Source of the DNA: Syntrophobacterales bacterium
GTDB taxonomy: Bacteria > Desulfobacterota > Desulfobaccia > Desulfobaccales > 0-14-0-80-60-11
Assembly (NCBI GenBank): GCA_023512475.1
Contig: JAILZL010000007.1
Coordinates: 7,697 to 71,696, forward strand
Reading direction: 5' to 3'
Length of the DNA stretch: 64,000 nt
Positions within the stretch are counted from its first letter, which is position 1; every line of letters begins with the position of its first letter. Positions 55,051-64,000 of the stretch are shown here, piece by piece. Below the pieces are notes generated by a model that was not told the origin of the DNA, ran no database searches, and saw nothing but the letters and a program-made list of their open reading frames with translations. The translations under genes were made by a program, and so were the position numbers.

Positions 55051-55901
55051 CTCCGATGAGGGAATGGCGCGATAGTAAGGGGTGGAACGGGGTTTCCAGC
55101 CCCGCGGGCAGCCTCCCCCCCGACAAGGCGGGCCTGCGGCGGAATTTCCGGCGGCGGGCCGCCACCTATGAGCAGTATGCCCAGGTGCAGCGGGCCATGG
55201 CCGGGGAGCTCCTGCGCCTGGCCGCAGCCCCGGCAGGGACGGCGCGCCGCATCCTGGAGGTGGGCTGCGGCACCGGCACCCTCACCCGGGAGCTCAGGCG
55301 CCTCAACCCCACGGCCTGGCTGGTGGCGGTGGATCTGGACCCCGAGGTGCTGAGGCGGGCCCGGGCCGCGCTGTCAGGTGACCGGCGCACCTCCTGGCTG
55401 GCCATGGACGCCGAGGCTCTCTGCCGGGGGGAGTTCGAGCTCATCATCGCCAACTCGGTTTTCCAGTGGTTCAGTCGGCCCCGGGAGACCCTGGCCCGCT
55501 ACCACGGGATGCTGGCGTCGGGCGGACTCTTGGCCTTTTCCGCCATGGGCCCGGCCACCTTCCGGGAGCTGGGGCAGGCCTGGCGGGAGGCCGTACTGGC
55601 GGGGGAGAGCTCCCCGCCGGTGCCGGTGGCCGCCACCTTTCCGGCAGGCCTTGAGTGGGTGGCGATGCTGCATCAGGCCGGGTTCCGGGAAGTGTGCCTC
55701 TCCCGGGAGCTAAAGGTGGTCTCTTATCCGTCGGTGCTGGATTTCCTCAAGGCCGTCCAGGGCACCGGCGCGGTGAGCCCCCGGCCCCGGCCCCTCACGC
55801 CGCGGCAGCTCCGGCGGCTGCTCATGGTATATCACAGTCTGTTCGGCAACGGCGTGGTGCCCGCCACCTACGAGCTCCTCTACCTTACTGCCGGGAAATA
55901 A
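55047..55901 (+). CDS. bioC: malonyl-ACP O-methyltransferase
   Basis: ...FRRRAATYEQYAQVQRAMA..L......ILEVGCGTG.LT..L...........DL...ML......ANSVFQW is the class I SAM-MTase with the BioC N-terminal pattern. The ATGA overlaps the upstream gene. Confidence 0.8.
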   Translation: MTPMREWRDSKGWNGVSSPAGSLPPDKAGLRRNFRRRAATYEQYAQVQRAMAGELLRLAAAPAGTARRILEVGCGTGTLTRELRRLNPTAWLVAVDLDPEVLRRARAALSGDRRTSWLAMDAEALCRGEFELIIANSVFQWFSRPRETLARYHGMLASGGLLAFSAMGPATFRELGQAWREAVLAGESSPPVPVAATFPAGLEWVAMLHQAGFREVCLSRELKVVSYPSVLDFLKAVQGTGAVSPRPRPLTPRQLRRLLMVYHSLFGNGVVPATYELLYLTAGK

Positions 55902-56014
55902 CCGCACAGAGCGGCGAAATCTGGTAAAGTCAGGTCATCGGGGGAGGCACAGGCCGCCGGGGCGGGCCGGGTTTCCGGAGGCGCCTTTCCCCGTTAAATC
56001 CCTGGGAGGGCATT

Positions 56015-57934
56015 GTGCGGCGACACATTTATCTGCGTCTGCGGCCGATAGAAGAGGCCCGGGAGCTGTTTCTGGCGGCGGTGGACCCGGCTGCCCTGCT
56101 GGGGGCGGAGGAGATCCCCACGGTGGCGGCCCGGGGGCGGCTCACCGCCGCGCCCCTGTGGGCCCGGCGCTCCTCGCCCCCCTGCCACCAGGCGGCCATG
56201 GACGGCTTTGCCCTGAAGGCGGCGGCCACCTTCGGGGCCACTCCGGAGGCGCCCCGGCTCCTGAAGGTGGGGGTGGAGGCCTTCCCGGTGAATACCGGCC
56301 ATCCTCTGCCGCCGGGCACCGACGCGGTGGTCATGGTGGAGCAGATCCCGGATCCGGAGACCGACCCCATCGTGGTGGAGGCGCCGGTCTTCCCCTGGCA
56401 GAATGTGCGGCGCATCGGCGAGGACCTGGTGGCCGGGGAGATGGTGCTCCCGGAGGGGGTGATCATCACCCCTTGGGCTCAGGGGGCGCTGCTGGCGGCG
56501 GGGGTCACCCGGGTTACGGTGCGGCGTCTGCCTCGGGTGGCCATCCTGCCCACCGGCTCAGAGCTGGTGCCCGGGGACTGGGAGGGGGAGCTCCCCCCGG
56601 GGCGCCTGCCGGAGTTCAACTCCGTCATGCTGGCGGGCATGGTGACGGAGCTGGGGGGGATCCCGATGGTCCTGCCCCTGGTCCCCGATGATGCCGCCGC
56701 CCTTACCCAGGCCCTCAAAGCAGCCCTGGCGGAGGCGGACGTGGTCCTCATCAATGCCGGCTCCTCCGCGGGGAGCGAGGATTACACCTACCAGGCGGTG
56801 GCCGCCCTGGGGGAGGTCTTGGTGCACGGGGTCAGCATGATGCCGGGCAAGCCCACCCTCCTGGGGGTGGCGGGGGGCAAACCGGTCATCGGCAATCCCG
56901 GCTACCCCGTGTCCGCGGTGCTCTCCTTTGAGCAGTTCGTGGCCCCGCTGCTGGCGCGCCTCACCGGGCGGCCCCATGCCGCCCGCCCCACGGTGACGGT
57001 TTTCCCTGCCCAGAATCTCCCCTCCAAGCCCGGGATCACCGAATATATCCGGGTGACTCTGGGCCGGGTGGGGGACAAGGTCATCGCCACGCCCCTCCCC
57101 CGGGCTGCCGGGGCCATCACCTCCCTGGTCAAGGCGGACGGGCTCCTCACGGTGCCGGCCTTCAGCGAAGGCCTGGAGGAGGACCGGCCGGTGCCGGCGG
57201 AGCTTCTGGTAAGGCCCGAGGAGCTGGAGGGCACCCTGGTGGTCCTGGGAAGCCACGACAATACCCTGGATCTTCTGGCCACCCTGCTGAGGCGCCGGGA
57301 CCCGCGCCTCAGGCTGGCCTCGGGGCACGTGGGGAGCCAGGGGGGATTGATGGCCCTGCGCCAGGGGCGGGCCCATTTCGGGGGCTGCCACCTCTTTGAT
57401 CCCGAAACCGGCACCTATAACGTCCCCTACATTCAGCGGCTCCTGCCGGGCCTCCCTCTCAAGCTCATCCACCTGGCCTGGCGGGAGCAGGGCTTGATCG
57501 TGGCGCCGGGCAACCCCAAGGGCATCCGCACCGTGGCGGATCTGGCCCGGCCAGGGGTGCGCTTCATCAACCGCCAGCGGGGGGCGGGCACCCGGCTGCT
57601 CCTGGATTATCTCCTGAAGGAGGAGGGCCTGAGTCCGGCGGAGATTCACGGCTACGAGCGGGAGGAGTACACCCACATGGCGGTGGCGGTGAATGTCCTC
57701 TCCGGTACCGCGGACGCCGGCCTGGGGATCCTGGCCGCGGCCCGGGCCCTGGGCCTGGAGTTCATCCCCCTGAGACCGGAACGCTATGACCTGGTGGTGC
57801 CGGAGACCACCTTTGCCGACCCCCGCTTCCAGACCCTCCTGGAGGTTTTGCGCTCCCCCGAGTTCCGGGAGGCCGCCCAGGCCCTGGGGGGCTATGACCT
57901 GACGGACTGCGGCAAAATTCTCTGGGAGCAGTGA
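56015..57934 (+). CDS. moeA: MoeA-type molybdopterin molybdotransferase fused to a C-terminal periplasmic-binding-protein-like domain
   Basis: 639 aa. The N-terminal ~400 aa have MoeA features (MDGFAL, TG.PLP.G.DAVV, PTGSELV, INAGSSAGSEDY, PGKPT, GNPGYPVS). The C-terminal ~230 aa (LGSHDNTLDLL...GTRLLLDYLL...) resemble a PBP type 2 fold. Confidence 0.8.
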   Translation: MRRHIYLRLRPIEEARELFLAAVDPAALLGAEEIPTVAARGRLTAAPLWARRSSPPCHQAAMDGFALKAAATFGATPEAPRLLKVGVEAFPVNTGHPLPPGTDAVVMVEQIPDPETDPIVVEAPVFPWQNVRRIGEDLVAGEMVLPEGVIITPWAQGALLAAGVTRVTVRRLPRVAILPTGSELVPGDWEGELPPGRLPEFNSVMLAGMVTELGGIPMVLPLVPDDAAALTQALKAALAEADVVLINAGSSAGSEDYTYQAVAALGEVLVHGVSMMPGKPTLLGVAGGKPVIGNPGYPVSAVLSFEQFVAPLLARLTGRPHAARPTVTVFPAQNLPSKPGITEYIRVTLGRVGDKVIATPLPRAAGAITSLVKADGLLTVPAFSEGLEEDRPVPAELLVRPEELEGTLVVLGSHDNTLDLLATLLRRRDPRLRLASGHVGSQGGLMALRQGRAHFGGCHLFDPETGTYNVPYIQRLLPGLPLKLIHLAWREQGLIVAPGNPKGIRTVADLARPGVRFINRQRGAGTRLLLDYLLKEEGLSPAEIHGYEREEYTHMAVAVNVLSGTADAGLGILAAARALGLEFIPLRPERYDLVVPETTFADPRFQTLLEVLRSPEFREAAQALGGYDLTDCGKILWEQ

Positions 57935-58058
57935 AGGAGTTATGGCATAGTGGGGAAAGGGCAGGGTTCGTGCTCCGGTCCCCCCGGTGCCGGGAAGGGC
58001 GGCCAAGGGGGGGCGCCGCCCCCGGTCCCTCGCCTCCGTATCCCCACCCCGGGGCCCT

Positions 58059-58553
58059 ATGGAACTGTTCCACAAAACCACCCTCATCTGCGGCTGCGGC
58101 AACACCCTCCTGGGGGACGACGGCTTCGGGCCCGCGGTGGTGGAGCGGCTGGAGACGGCCTACCGCGACCGTCTGCCCCCCGACGCCGCGGCGCTGGATG
58201 TGGGCACCAGCATCCGGGAGCTCCTCTTTGACCTGATCTTAAGCCCGGTCAAGCCCCGGCGCCTCATCATCGTGGACGCGGTGGACCAGCCGGGCCGCCG
58301 GCCAGGGGAGATTTTTGAGCTCAGGGTGGAGGACATCCCGGCGGTGAAGGTGCACGATTTCTCCCTGCATCAGTTTCCCACCGTCAACCTGCTGCAGGAG
58401 CTGATGGAGCACACCGGGGTGGAGGTGCACCTGGTGGCGGTGCAGATTCAGGAGATCCCCCCGGAGGTGCGGCCGGGGCTGAGCCCGCCGGTGGCCCAGG
58501 CGGTGGAGCGGGCCTGTGAGGCGGTCCTGGCCCTCTGCCGGCCGGAGGGCTGA
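58059..58553 (+). CDS. hydrogenase maturation endopeptidase (HycI/FrhD/HoxM family)
   Basis: TLICGCGNTLLGDDGFGPAV, ...LIIVDAVD... and ...H... are the family pattern. The internal ATG at 58059 fits the family N-terminus. Confidence 0.8.
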   Translation: MELFHKTTLICGCGNTLLGDDGFGPAVVERLETAYRDRLPPDAAALDVGTSIRELLFDLILSPVKPRRLIIVDAVDQPGRRPGEIFELRVEDIPAVKVHDFSLHQFPTVNLLQELMEHTGVEVHLVAVQIQEIPPEVRPGLSPPVAQAVERACEAVLALCRPEG

Positions 58554-58569
58554 AGGGGGCGTAAATTTT

Positions 58570-58598
58570 TTGTGCCTTGTGAAGAATTGTGCTACACT
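58570..58598 (+). promoter_or_regulatory. candidate extended -10 promoter (TTGTGC-N17-TGc-TACACT)
   Basis: It shares the 10-mer TTGTGCTACA with the candidate promoter at 18341-18350 and lies ~75 nt upstream of the Hdr-like gene. Confidence 0.4.
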
Positions 58599-58669
58599 TA
58601 AACCTGAACGGGTATAGAGGCCGGCCGGGGATGCCGGTCAGGCCTCAGTGAGACATCAAGGGAGGAAGC

Positions 58670-60028
58670 TTGCCTATGGAGGCGCATGAAATCACCATTG
58701 ACCGCAAGCGCCGGAAGATCGGGGGCTTGTCCCCGGATCTGGCCGACCGCTGCTTCACCTGCGGCACCTGCAGCGGCGGCTGTCCGGCCACGGGTCTGGT
58801 CCCCATCGAAGGCGGGGAGGGGACCTGGGACGCCCGGAAGGCCATCCGGGCCATTGTCTTCGGCATGGAGCAGGAGGTTATCGACTCCAAGTGGCCCTGG
58901 GTCTGCACCATCTGTGGCCGCTGTGAATATGCCTGCCCCATGGGCATCAAACTGATGCGTACCTTCCGGGCCTGCCGCACCCTGCGGGACCGGGACAAGG
59001 TCCCCGGCCCCATCCACAAGGGCACCGTCATGAACCTGGAAAAGGGCAACAACCTGGGCATCCCCACCGAGGATTTCCTCTACCTCCTGGCCGACATGGG
59101 CAAGGAGATGGAGGAGGAGGGCTTCCCGGGTTTTTATGTGCCCGTGGACAAGGAAGGCGCCAATATCATCGTCACCATCAACAGCAAGGAGCCCTTCGGC
59201 GAGCCGGACGACATGAAGTTCTGGTGGAAGATCTTTTATGCCGCCAAAGAGGACTGGACCGTGTCGTCGGTGAACTGGGAGGGGGTCAACTGGGGGCTGT
59301 TCTCCGGGGATGACGAGGCCTGGAAAGAGCAGTGCCGGCGCATCATCGAAAACGCCCGGCGATTGAAATGCAAAACCATCCTCTACCCGGAATGAGGCCA
59401 CGCCTACTATGCAACCCGGGTCGGGTTCAAGAATTGGTTCCCTGAGGCCTTCGAAGAGTTCCGCTGCATCAGCGTCATGGATCTCCTCGAAGAATATATC
59501 ACCACCGGTCGCATCACATTGGACACCACCCGTGTCCACGAAACCGTCACCGTCCATGACCCCTGCAACTACGTGCGCAAGTCCCAGATGGCTCTGGGCG
59601 ATCACATGGGGGACAAGACCCGCTGGATCGTCAAGCAGTGCATCAACCCGGAGCTCTACCGGGAGATGTGCGATGATCCGCTGAACAACTTCTGCTGCGG
59701 GGCCGGTGGCGGCGCCTGGGCCATGCCCTACACCGAGGAGCGCCTGGCCTACGGCCGGGTCAAGGCCGATCAGATCCGGGCCACCGGCGCCGAGCTGGTC
59801 ATCGCGCCCTGCCACAACTGCCGGGACCAGATCCTGAAGGGCCTGGGCAAGGAGCACGCCGAAGGCCGCATGGACATGGGCAATTACAAGGAAACCATGT
59901 ACCTCTGGGAGCTGGTGGCCCACTGCCTCATCGTCGAACCCTGGAGCGAGGAGGAGATCGAAGCGGCCCACGCCGCCCGGGACGCCCAGTTTGAACGGTT
60001 GGGCATCGTCATGGAAGAAGAAGAGTAA
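58670..60028 (+). CDS. HdrD-like Fe-S oxidoreductase (2x[4Fe-4S] ferredoxin motifs plus CCG domains), probable selenoprotein with in-frame UGA at 59393-59395
   Basis: The two track ORFs (58670..59395 and 59477..60028) are in the same frame. The 81 nt between them contain no other stop and translate sensibly (..ILYPE-U-GHAYYATRVGFKNW..). Motifs are CFTCGTCSGGCP, CTICGRCEYACP, NFCCGAGGG and APCHNC. The start is TTG 58670 or ATG 58676, after an agggagga RBS. Confidence 0.7.
59413..59427 (+). promoter_or_regulatory. candidate bacterial SECIS hairpin
   Basis: AACCCG-ggt-CGGGTT begins 18 nt after the UGA, with G and U in the apical loop as in bacterial SECIS elements. Confidence 0.45.
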
Positions 60029-60051
60029 CGGGCAACTTCCTCCCCCACCTG

Positions 60052-60079
60052 AGGCCGCCCCCTGGGGCGGCCTTTTTTT
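60052..60079 (+). terminator. Rho-independent terminator after the Hdr-like gene
   Basis: GGCCGCCCC-(ct)-GGGGCGGCC followed by TTTTTTT. Confidence 0.8.
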
Positions 60080-60247
60080 ATGGCCATCAGCACACAGCCG
60101 GGGATTCAGGCGACCGGGCGCCGGGAAAAGAGGGGAGGGGCTGAAGACCCCGGCCCCTCCCCCCGCAATGCCCAAAGGGATGGGAGAGGAGCCGGAGGGA
60201 AGGGCGGAGGGCTTCCGGCCCCCCGCCCCTCCCCTGACAGACTCTGG

Positions 60248-60676
60248 CTACCGCTTGGCGGCGGCCTTCCGGGTGACCAGGCTCATGAAGTCGGAATCCA
60301 CCCTGTAGCCCAAAGCCTGGGCCTGTTTCAGGTTCTCGGCGGCTTCGTGGAAGTTCTCCAGGGTATAGTACACCAGGGCCCGGTTCTTGTAGGCTTCGGC
60401 CAGCCGGGGGTTGAGGGTGAGGGCCTGGTTGTGATCGGCCAGGGCCTGGGCGTTCTGGCCCTTGGCAAAGTAGGCCCGGCCCCTGAGATCATAGAGCACC
60501 GCATCCTGGGGATGGGCCTTGAGCCCCTCATTGAAGACCTGGATGGCCTGGTCGAATTTGCCGGCGTTGCACAGTTCCATGCCCTGCTGGACATACGACG
60601 AGGCCGCCGGCCCGGCCGCCTGGGCGACGGTCAGGGCCAGACAGAGTGCGGCCACCAGCGGGATAAGGCGGGTCAT
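60248..60676 (-). CDS. secreted tetratricopeptide-repeat (TPR) protein
   Basis: 142 aa with signal peptide MTRLIPLVAALCLALTVAQA, followed by three or more TPR-like units (..A..YD.RG.AYF..G....AL.D.N.AL.LNP..AEAY.NRA..Y). The RBS is aggagg. Confidence 0.8.
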   Translation of the reverse strand: MTRLIPLVAALCLALTVAQAAGPAASSYVQQGMELCNAGKFDQAIQVFNEGLKAHPQDAVLYDLRGRAYFAKGQNAQALADHNQALTLNPRLAEAYKNRALVYYTLENFHEAAENLKQAQALGYRVDSDFMSLVTRKAAAKR

Positions 60677-60731
60677 ACCTGGACCTCCTGTCAGATACGG
60701 CAGGCCCGGCCTGCCGGGATGGGCCGGCGGC

Positions 60732-62486
60732 TCACACCGAGCACTGCCGGCATTCTTCGCTGAACTCCGGGGACACTGCCACCCCCTGGGGCGGCAGGCT
60801 CAGGACCTGCTCCGGCCGGGAGCCATAGCGGTAGACGGTGATGCCCTTCAGACCCAGGCGGTGGGCCAGCCGGAAGGCATGGGCCACCTCCGCCCGGGTG
60901 GCCTCCGGCGCCAGATTGATGGTCTTGCTCACCGCATTCTCTACATGGCGCTGGAAGGCCGCCTGCATCTGCACCTGATAGTCGATGCTCACCTCGAAGG
61001 TGGTGGGGAAAAGACGGCGCAGCTCCTCCGGCAGCTCCGGGAGATCCCGGATACGGCCGCTGGCCAGCACCCGGGGCAGCCATTCCTCCTCCCTCAGGCC
61101 GCACTCCCTGAGCTTTTTGAGAAAGAGGGGATGGATCTCGGTGAATTCCTCCCCTTCCAGGGCCCGGCGGCGGTAGGCCAGGGCGAAGAGGGGCTCGATG
61201 CCGCTGCTCACTCCGGCGATGAGGCTGATGGTGCCGGTGGGCGCGATGGTGGTCACGGTGGCGTTGCGCCGGGGCGGCCGCCCCTCCTTGTGGTAGCGGC
61301 TGCGGTAAAAGTTGGGGAAGGGCCCCCGCTCCCGGGCCAGGGCCTCGGTGGCGGCCACCGCCCGGGCCTCGATGCGGCTCATGATTTGTTCCGCCAGCTC
61401 CAGGGCCTGGGGGGAATCGTAGGGGATCCCCAGCTGGATGAAGAGGTCCGCCAGCCCCATCACCCCCAGCCCCACCTTGCGGTTGGCCCGGGTGATGGCG
61501 GTGATCTGGGGCAGCGGATAGTGGCTCTGGTCGATGACATCATCCAGGAAGGTGATGGCCATCTCCGTGAGGCGGTCCAGCTCCTCCCAGTCAAACCCCC
61601 CGTGTGTCACCAAGGCCGCCAGATTGATGGAGCCCAGGTTGCAGGATTCATAGGGCAACAGGGGCTGTTCGCCGCAGGGGTTGGTGGCCTCCAGGCGGCC
61701 CAGCTCCGGGGTGGGGTTGGCCCGTTCGATGGCATCCAGGAAGATGAGCCCCGGATCCCCGGTTTTCAGGGCGTAGTCGCAGATGAGGTCGAAGACCTCC
61801 CGGGCCGGCAGGCGCCGGACCTCCAGGCCGGTGCGGGGGTTGATGAGGGGGTAGTCCTCTCTTGTCTCCACCCGGGCTATGAACTCGTCCGTCACCGCCA
61901 CCGAGAGGTTGAAGTTGCGGAAGGCCCCGGGCTCCGCCTTGGCCCGGATGAACTCCAGGATGTCCGGGTGATCCACCCGCAGAATCCCCATGTTGGCCCC
62001 CCGGCGCCGGCCCCCCTGCTTCACCACTTCGGTGGTGACATCGAAGATGCGCATAAAGCCCACCGGCCCGGAGGCCACCCGGCCGGTGCTGCGCACCTGG
62101 TCGCCCTTGGGCCGCAGATGCGTGAAGGTGAAACCGGTGCCGCCCCCGGTCTGGTGGATGAGGGCCATGGCCTTCACCGCCTCCATGATGCTGGTCATGT
62201 CGTCTTCCACCGGGATGACGAAGCAGGCGGCCAGCTGTCCCAGGGGCAGGTCGGCGTTCATCAGGGTGGGGGTGTTGGGGAGGAACTTCAGGGAGGCCAT
62301 GGCGGCAAAGAACTCCTCGGCCCGCCGGGCCACGGCGCTCATGCCGCCGTAGCGGGCCTCCGCCGCCGCCACCCCCCGGGCCACCCGCCGGAACATCTCC
62401 TCCGGGGTCTCCACCACCCGGCCGTCGGGATCCCGGCGCAGGTAGCGCTCCTCCAGCACCCGCCGGGCTATGGGCCGAAACTCCAT
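60732..62486 (-). CDS. nrdJ: adenosylcobalamin-dependent (class II) ribonucleotide reductase
   Basis: LEERYL, ...FLPNTPTLMNA, ACFV, GGGTGF.F..LRP.GD, NPCGEQPL...CNLGSINL and a C-terminal Cys pair (...ECRQCSV). ATG at 62486 has a GGAGAG RBS. Confidence 0.9.
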   Translation of the reverse strand: MEFRPIARRVLEERYLRRDPDGRVVETPEEMFRRVARGVAAAEARYGGMSAVARRAEEFFAAMASLKFLPNTPTLMNADLPLGQLAACFVIPVEDDMTSIMEAVKAMALIHQTGGGTGFTFTHLRPKGDQVRSTGRVASGPVGFMRIFDVTTEVVKQGGRRRGANMGILRVDHPDILEFIRAKAEPGAFRNFNLSVAVTDEFIARVETREDYPLINPRTGLEVRRLPAREVFDLICDYALKTGDPGLIFLDAIERANPTPELGRLEATNPCGEQPLLPYESCNLGSINLAALVTHGGFDWEELDRLTEMAITFLDDVIDQSHYPLPQITAITRANRKVGLGVMGLADLFIQLGIPYDSPQALELAEQIMSRIEARAVAATEALARERGPFPNFYRSRYHKEGRPPRRNATVTTIAPTGTISLIAGVSSGIEPLFALAYRRRALEGEEFTEIHPLFLKKLRECGLREEEWLPRVLASGRIRDLPELPEELRRLFPTTFEVSIDYQVQMQAAFQRHVENAVSKTINLAPEATRAEVAHAFRLAHRLGLKGITVYRYGSRPEQVLSLPPQGVAVSPEFSEECRQCSV

Positions 62487-62585
62487 GGTCTCTCTCCGTG
62501 TGGCATGGTCAGGCTTTTGCGTCCCGCTCCCCATGAGATGGAGGGCATGGGGCGGCCGGGAGCTTGCAGGCGCCCCAGGACGGCC

Positions 62586-63371
62586 TTACTCAAGGATCCC
62601 CCACTTTTTGGCCCGCTCCTTGTAGGGGGGCGGAAACTCCGGCGCGAAATTCTGATACACCGTGATGGGGTAGCGGGCCCCGATCTTTTTGGCGGCTTCG
62701 GTGAGGCCGGTGAGGATGCCGTCCAGCATCCGGGCGGGAAAGCTCACCACCAGCTCGTCGTCCTGGGTCATGGAGAAGGTGCGGTCCCCCTGGCCGGGGA
62801 TGGTGATGAGGACCCGGTCCTGGCGGTAAGGCCCGATGAGATAGGAGGCGCACTCCACCTTGCCGCCGAAGTCCCCGGCCACCCGCTGTCCCAGGGCGAA
62901 GGTGGCGGCCTGGGCCAGCCGCATGATCTGGGCCGGATTGCCGAAGAGGACCACCACCTGGGGGTCCACGGCCAGGCGCTCCAGGGGGCAGAAATACAGG
63001 GCCCCCACCTCCCGGGGCCGGAAGCGGGGCAGGGCCTCCACCTCCTTCAGGGCCGGCCCCAGCTCCGGATGGAAGCCCACCTCACAGAAGAGCTGGGCCA
63101 GCTCCAGGGCCGGGTCGGTGGAGGGGGTGAAGCCGAAAGCCAGCATCCCCGGGACGCACAGGAGGTCGTCCGGGGTGAGACCCACCGGCCAGCCGTACAC
63201 CCGGGCCATGGTCACCCCCTGGCAGATGGTCACCTTCTTGCCGAAGACCTGGGAGGGCCGCCGGGTCTTCTCCGGCAGGGCCGCCGGATCCGGGAAAAAG
63301 GTCACCCCAAAGGGCTCGGTCCGGAGGCGCAGAGCCTGTTTCAATTGCGTCGCGGCGGTCTGGTAATCCAT
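62586..63371 (-). CDS. DUF169-domain protein
   Basis: 261 aa. ...LRLRTEPFGVTFF......K.TICQ.V..AR.YGW.......D..C..G and the overall layout match my recollection of DUF169. The RBS is ggagg. Confidence 0.65.
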   Translation of the reverse strand: MDYQTAATQLKQALRLRTEPFGVTFFPDPAALPEKTRRPSQVFGKKVTICQGVTMARVYGWPVGLTPDDLLCVPGMLAFGFTPSTDPALELAQLFCEVGFHPELGPALKEVEALPRFRPREVGALYFCPLERLAVDPQVVVLFGNPAQIMRLAQAATFALGQRVAGDFGGKVECASYLIGPYRQDRVLITIPGQGDRTFSMTQDDELVVSFPARMLDGILTGLTEAAKKIGARYPITVYQNFAPEFPPPYKERAKKWGILE

Positions 63372-63576
63372 GGGTGTCCTCCATCACCGTGCCGAGCTGA
63401 GGCACATGGTATCAGAAATTGCCCCGGGGGGCCAGTCGCCGCAAAGGGGAGCCGGAAGGGGGAGATACCCCCCCTGGCCACCGCGGCCCAGGTGGGATAA
63501 GATGGGCATAGGCCGAATCACTTGGGGGAGGGGTGCCAGGGCCCGCCCCTCCCTGAACCCGTGATGAGGTGAGGTC

Positions 63577-64000
63577 GTGTTCTGGCTGCCCTTTCTCAGC
63601 CGCCCGCCGCGCTTTGACTGGCTCCAGGTGGAGATCACCACCGCCTGCACCGCGGCCTGCATCTACTGCCCCCGCACGGTCTTCCGGGAGGCCTGGCCGG
63701 AGCTGTCCCTGGACCGGGAGACCTTTGCCCGCCTGGCGCCCATCTTTCCCGGGGCGCGCTACGTGCATCTCCAGGGCTGGGGCGAACCTTTCCTGCACCC
63801 GGATTTCTTCCTTTTCCTGCGGGAAGCCAAAAAAGCGGGCTGCCAGGTGGGGGCCACCACCAACGGCATGCTGGCCACCGAGGCGGTCCTGGAGCGCTGC
63901 GTGGCCGAGGGCCTGGATGTCCTGGCCTTTTCGCTGGCGGGCACGGATCCCGGCCAGGATGAGATCCGCCGGGGCACCCGCCTGGAGCAGGTGCTGGAGG
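63577..64000 (+). CDS. radical SAM protein, N-terminal fragment (continues right of the window)
   Basis: GTG at 63577 follows two in-frame stops and a gaggtgagg RBS. It has CTAACIYCP (CxxxCxxC), then GWGEPFLHPDF and ...TTNG.... The frame is open to nt 64000. Confidence 0.75.
   Translation, partial: MFWLPFLSRPPRFDWLQVEITTACTAACIYCPRTVFREAWPELSLDRETFARLAPIFPGARYVHLQGWGEPFLHPDFFLFLREAKKAGCQVGATTNGMLATEAVLERCVAEGLDVLAFSLAGTDPGQDEIRRGTRLEQVLE

Noticed and set aside
59393-59476. Reading the Hdr-like locus as two separate genes or as a pseudogene broken by a stop.
   Set aside because: Both parts are in the same frame, and the 81 nt between them have no other stop and code sensibly. The second part lacks its own SD or start context, and a hairpin follows the TGA. 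Selenocysteine recoding explains this better, though it remains unproven.
62487-62585. A cobalamin riboswitch upstream of the B12-dependent nrdJ.
   Set aside because: The intergenic space is only ~100 nt and lacks a B12-box-like sequence, so it is too short for a cobalamin aptamer plus expression platform.

Overview
High-GC, densely coding chromosomal segment from a Gram-negative, probably anaerobic bacterium. That inference rests on LpxC, TamA/TamB, a four-subunit 2-oxoacid:ferredoxin oxidoreductase, an Hdr-like Fe-S selenoprotein, a hydrogenase maturation protease and a class II RNR. I support about 57 protein-coding genes, mostly housekeeping: purA fragment, mtaB, lpxC, GH57 glucan enzyme, pyk, valS, nadC, proC, pdxA, ftsK, a bioB-D-F-H-C cluster, livHMFG plus paaK, nrdJ and moeA. 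I recognised no rRNA, tRNA, CRISPR array, transposase or integrase. The most interesting items are: (1) a translationally coupled 7-gene operon joining the OFOR to NuoE/NuoF/NuoG-N-like flavin/Fe-S subunits, a candidate NAD-linked or bifurcating 2-oxoacid oxidoreductase. (2) A single 968-aa ORF fusing a complete Endonuclease-Q-like nuclease to a UvrD-type helicase. (3) An HdrD-like CCG-domain protein read through an in-frame TGA with a downstream hairpin, a candidate selenocysteine. (4) A roughly 105-140 nt intergenic element present in at least two clear copies, both downstream of unrelated genes and ending in a terminator hairpin. (5) A tandem ~45-nt direct repeat in front of a Cys-rich mini-ORF coupled to nadC. 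(6) A small AT-rich islet carrying a PD-(D/E)xK-like protein and a VapBC-type pair. All function calls come from my own reading of the translated ORFs. No searches were run.
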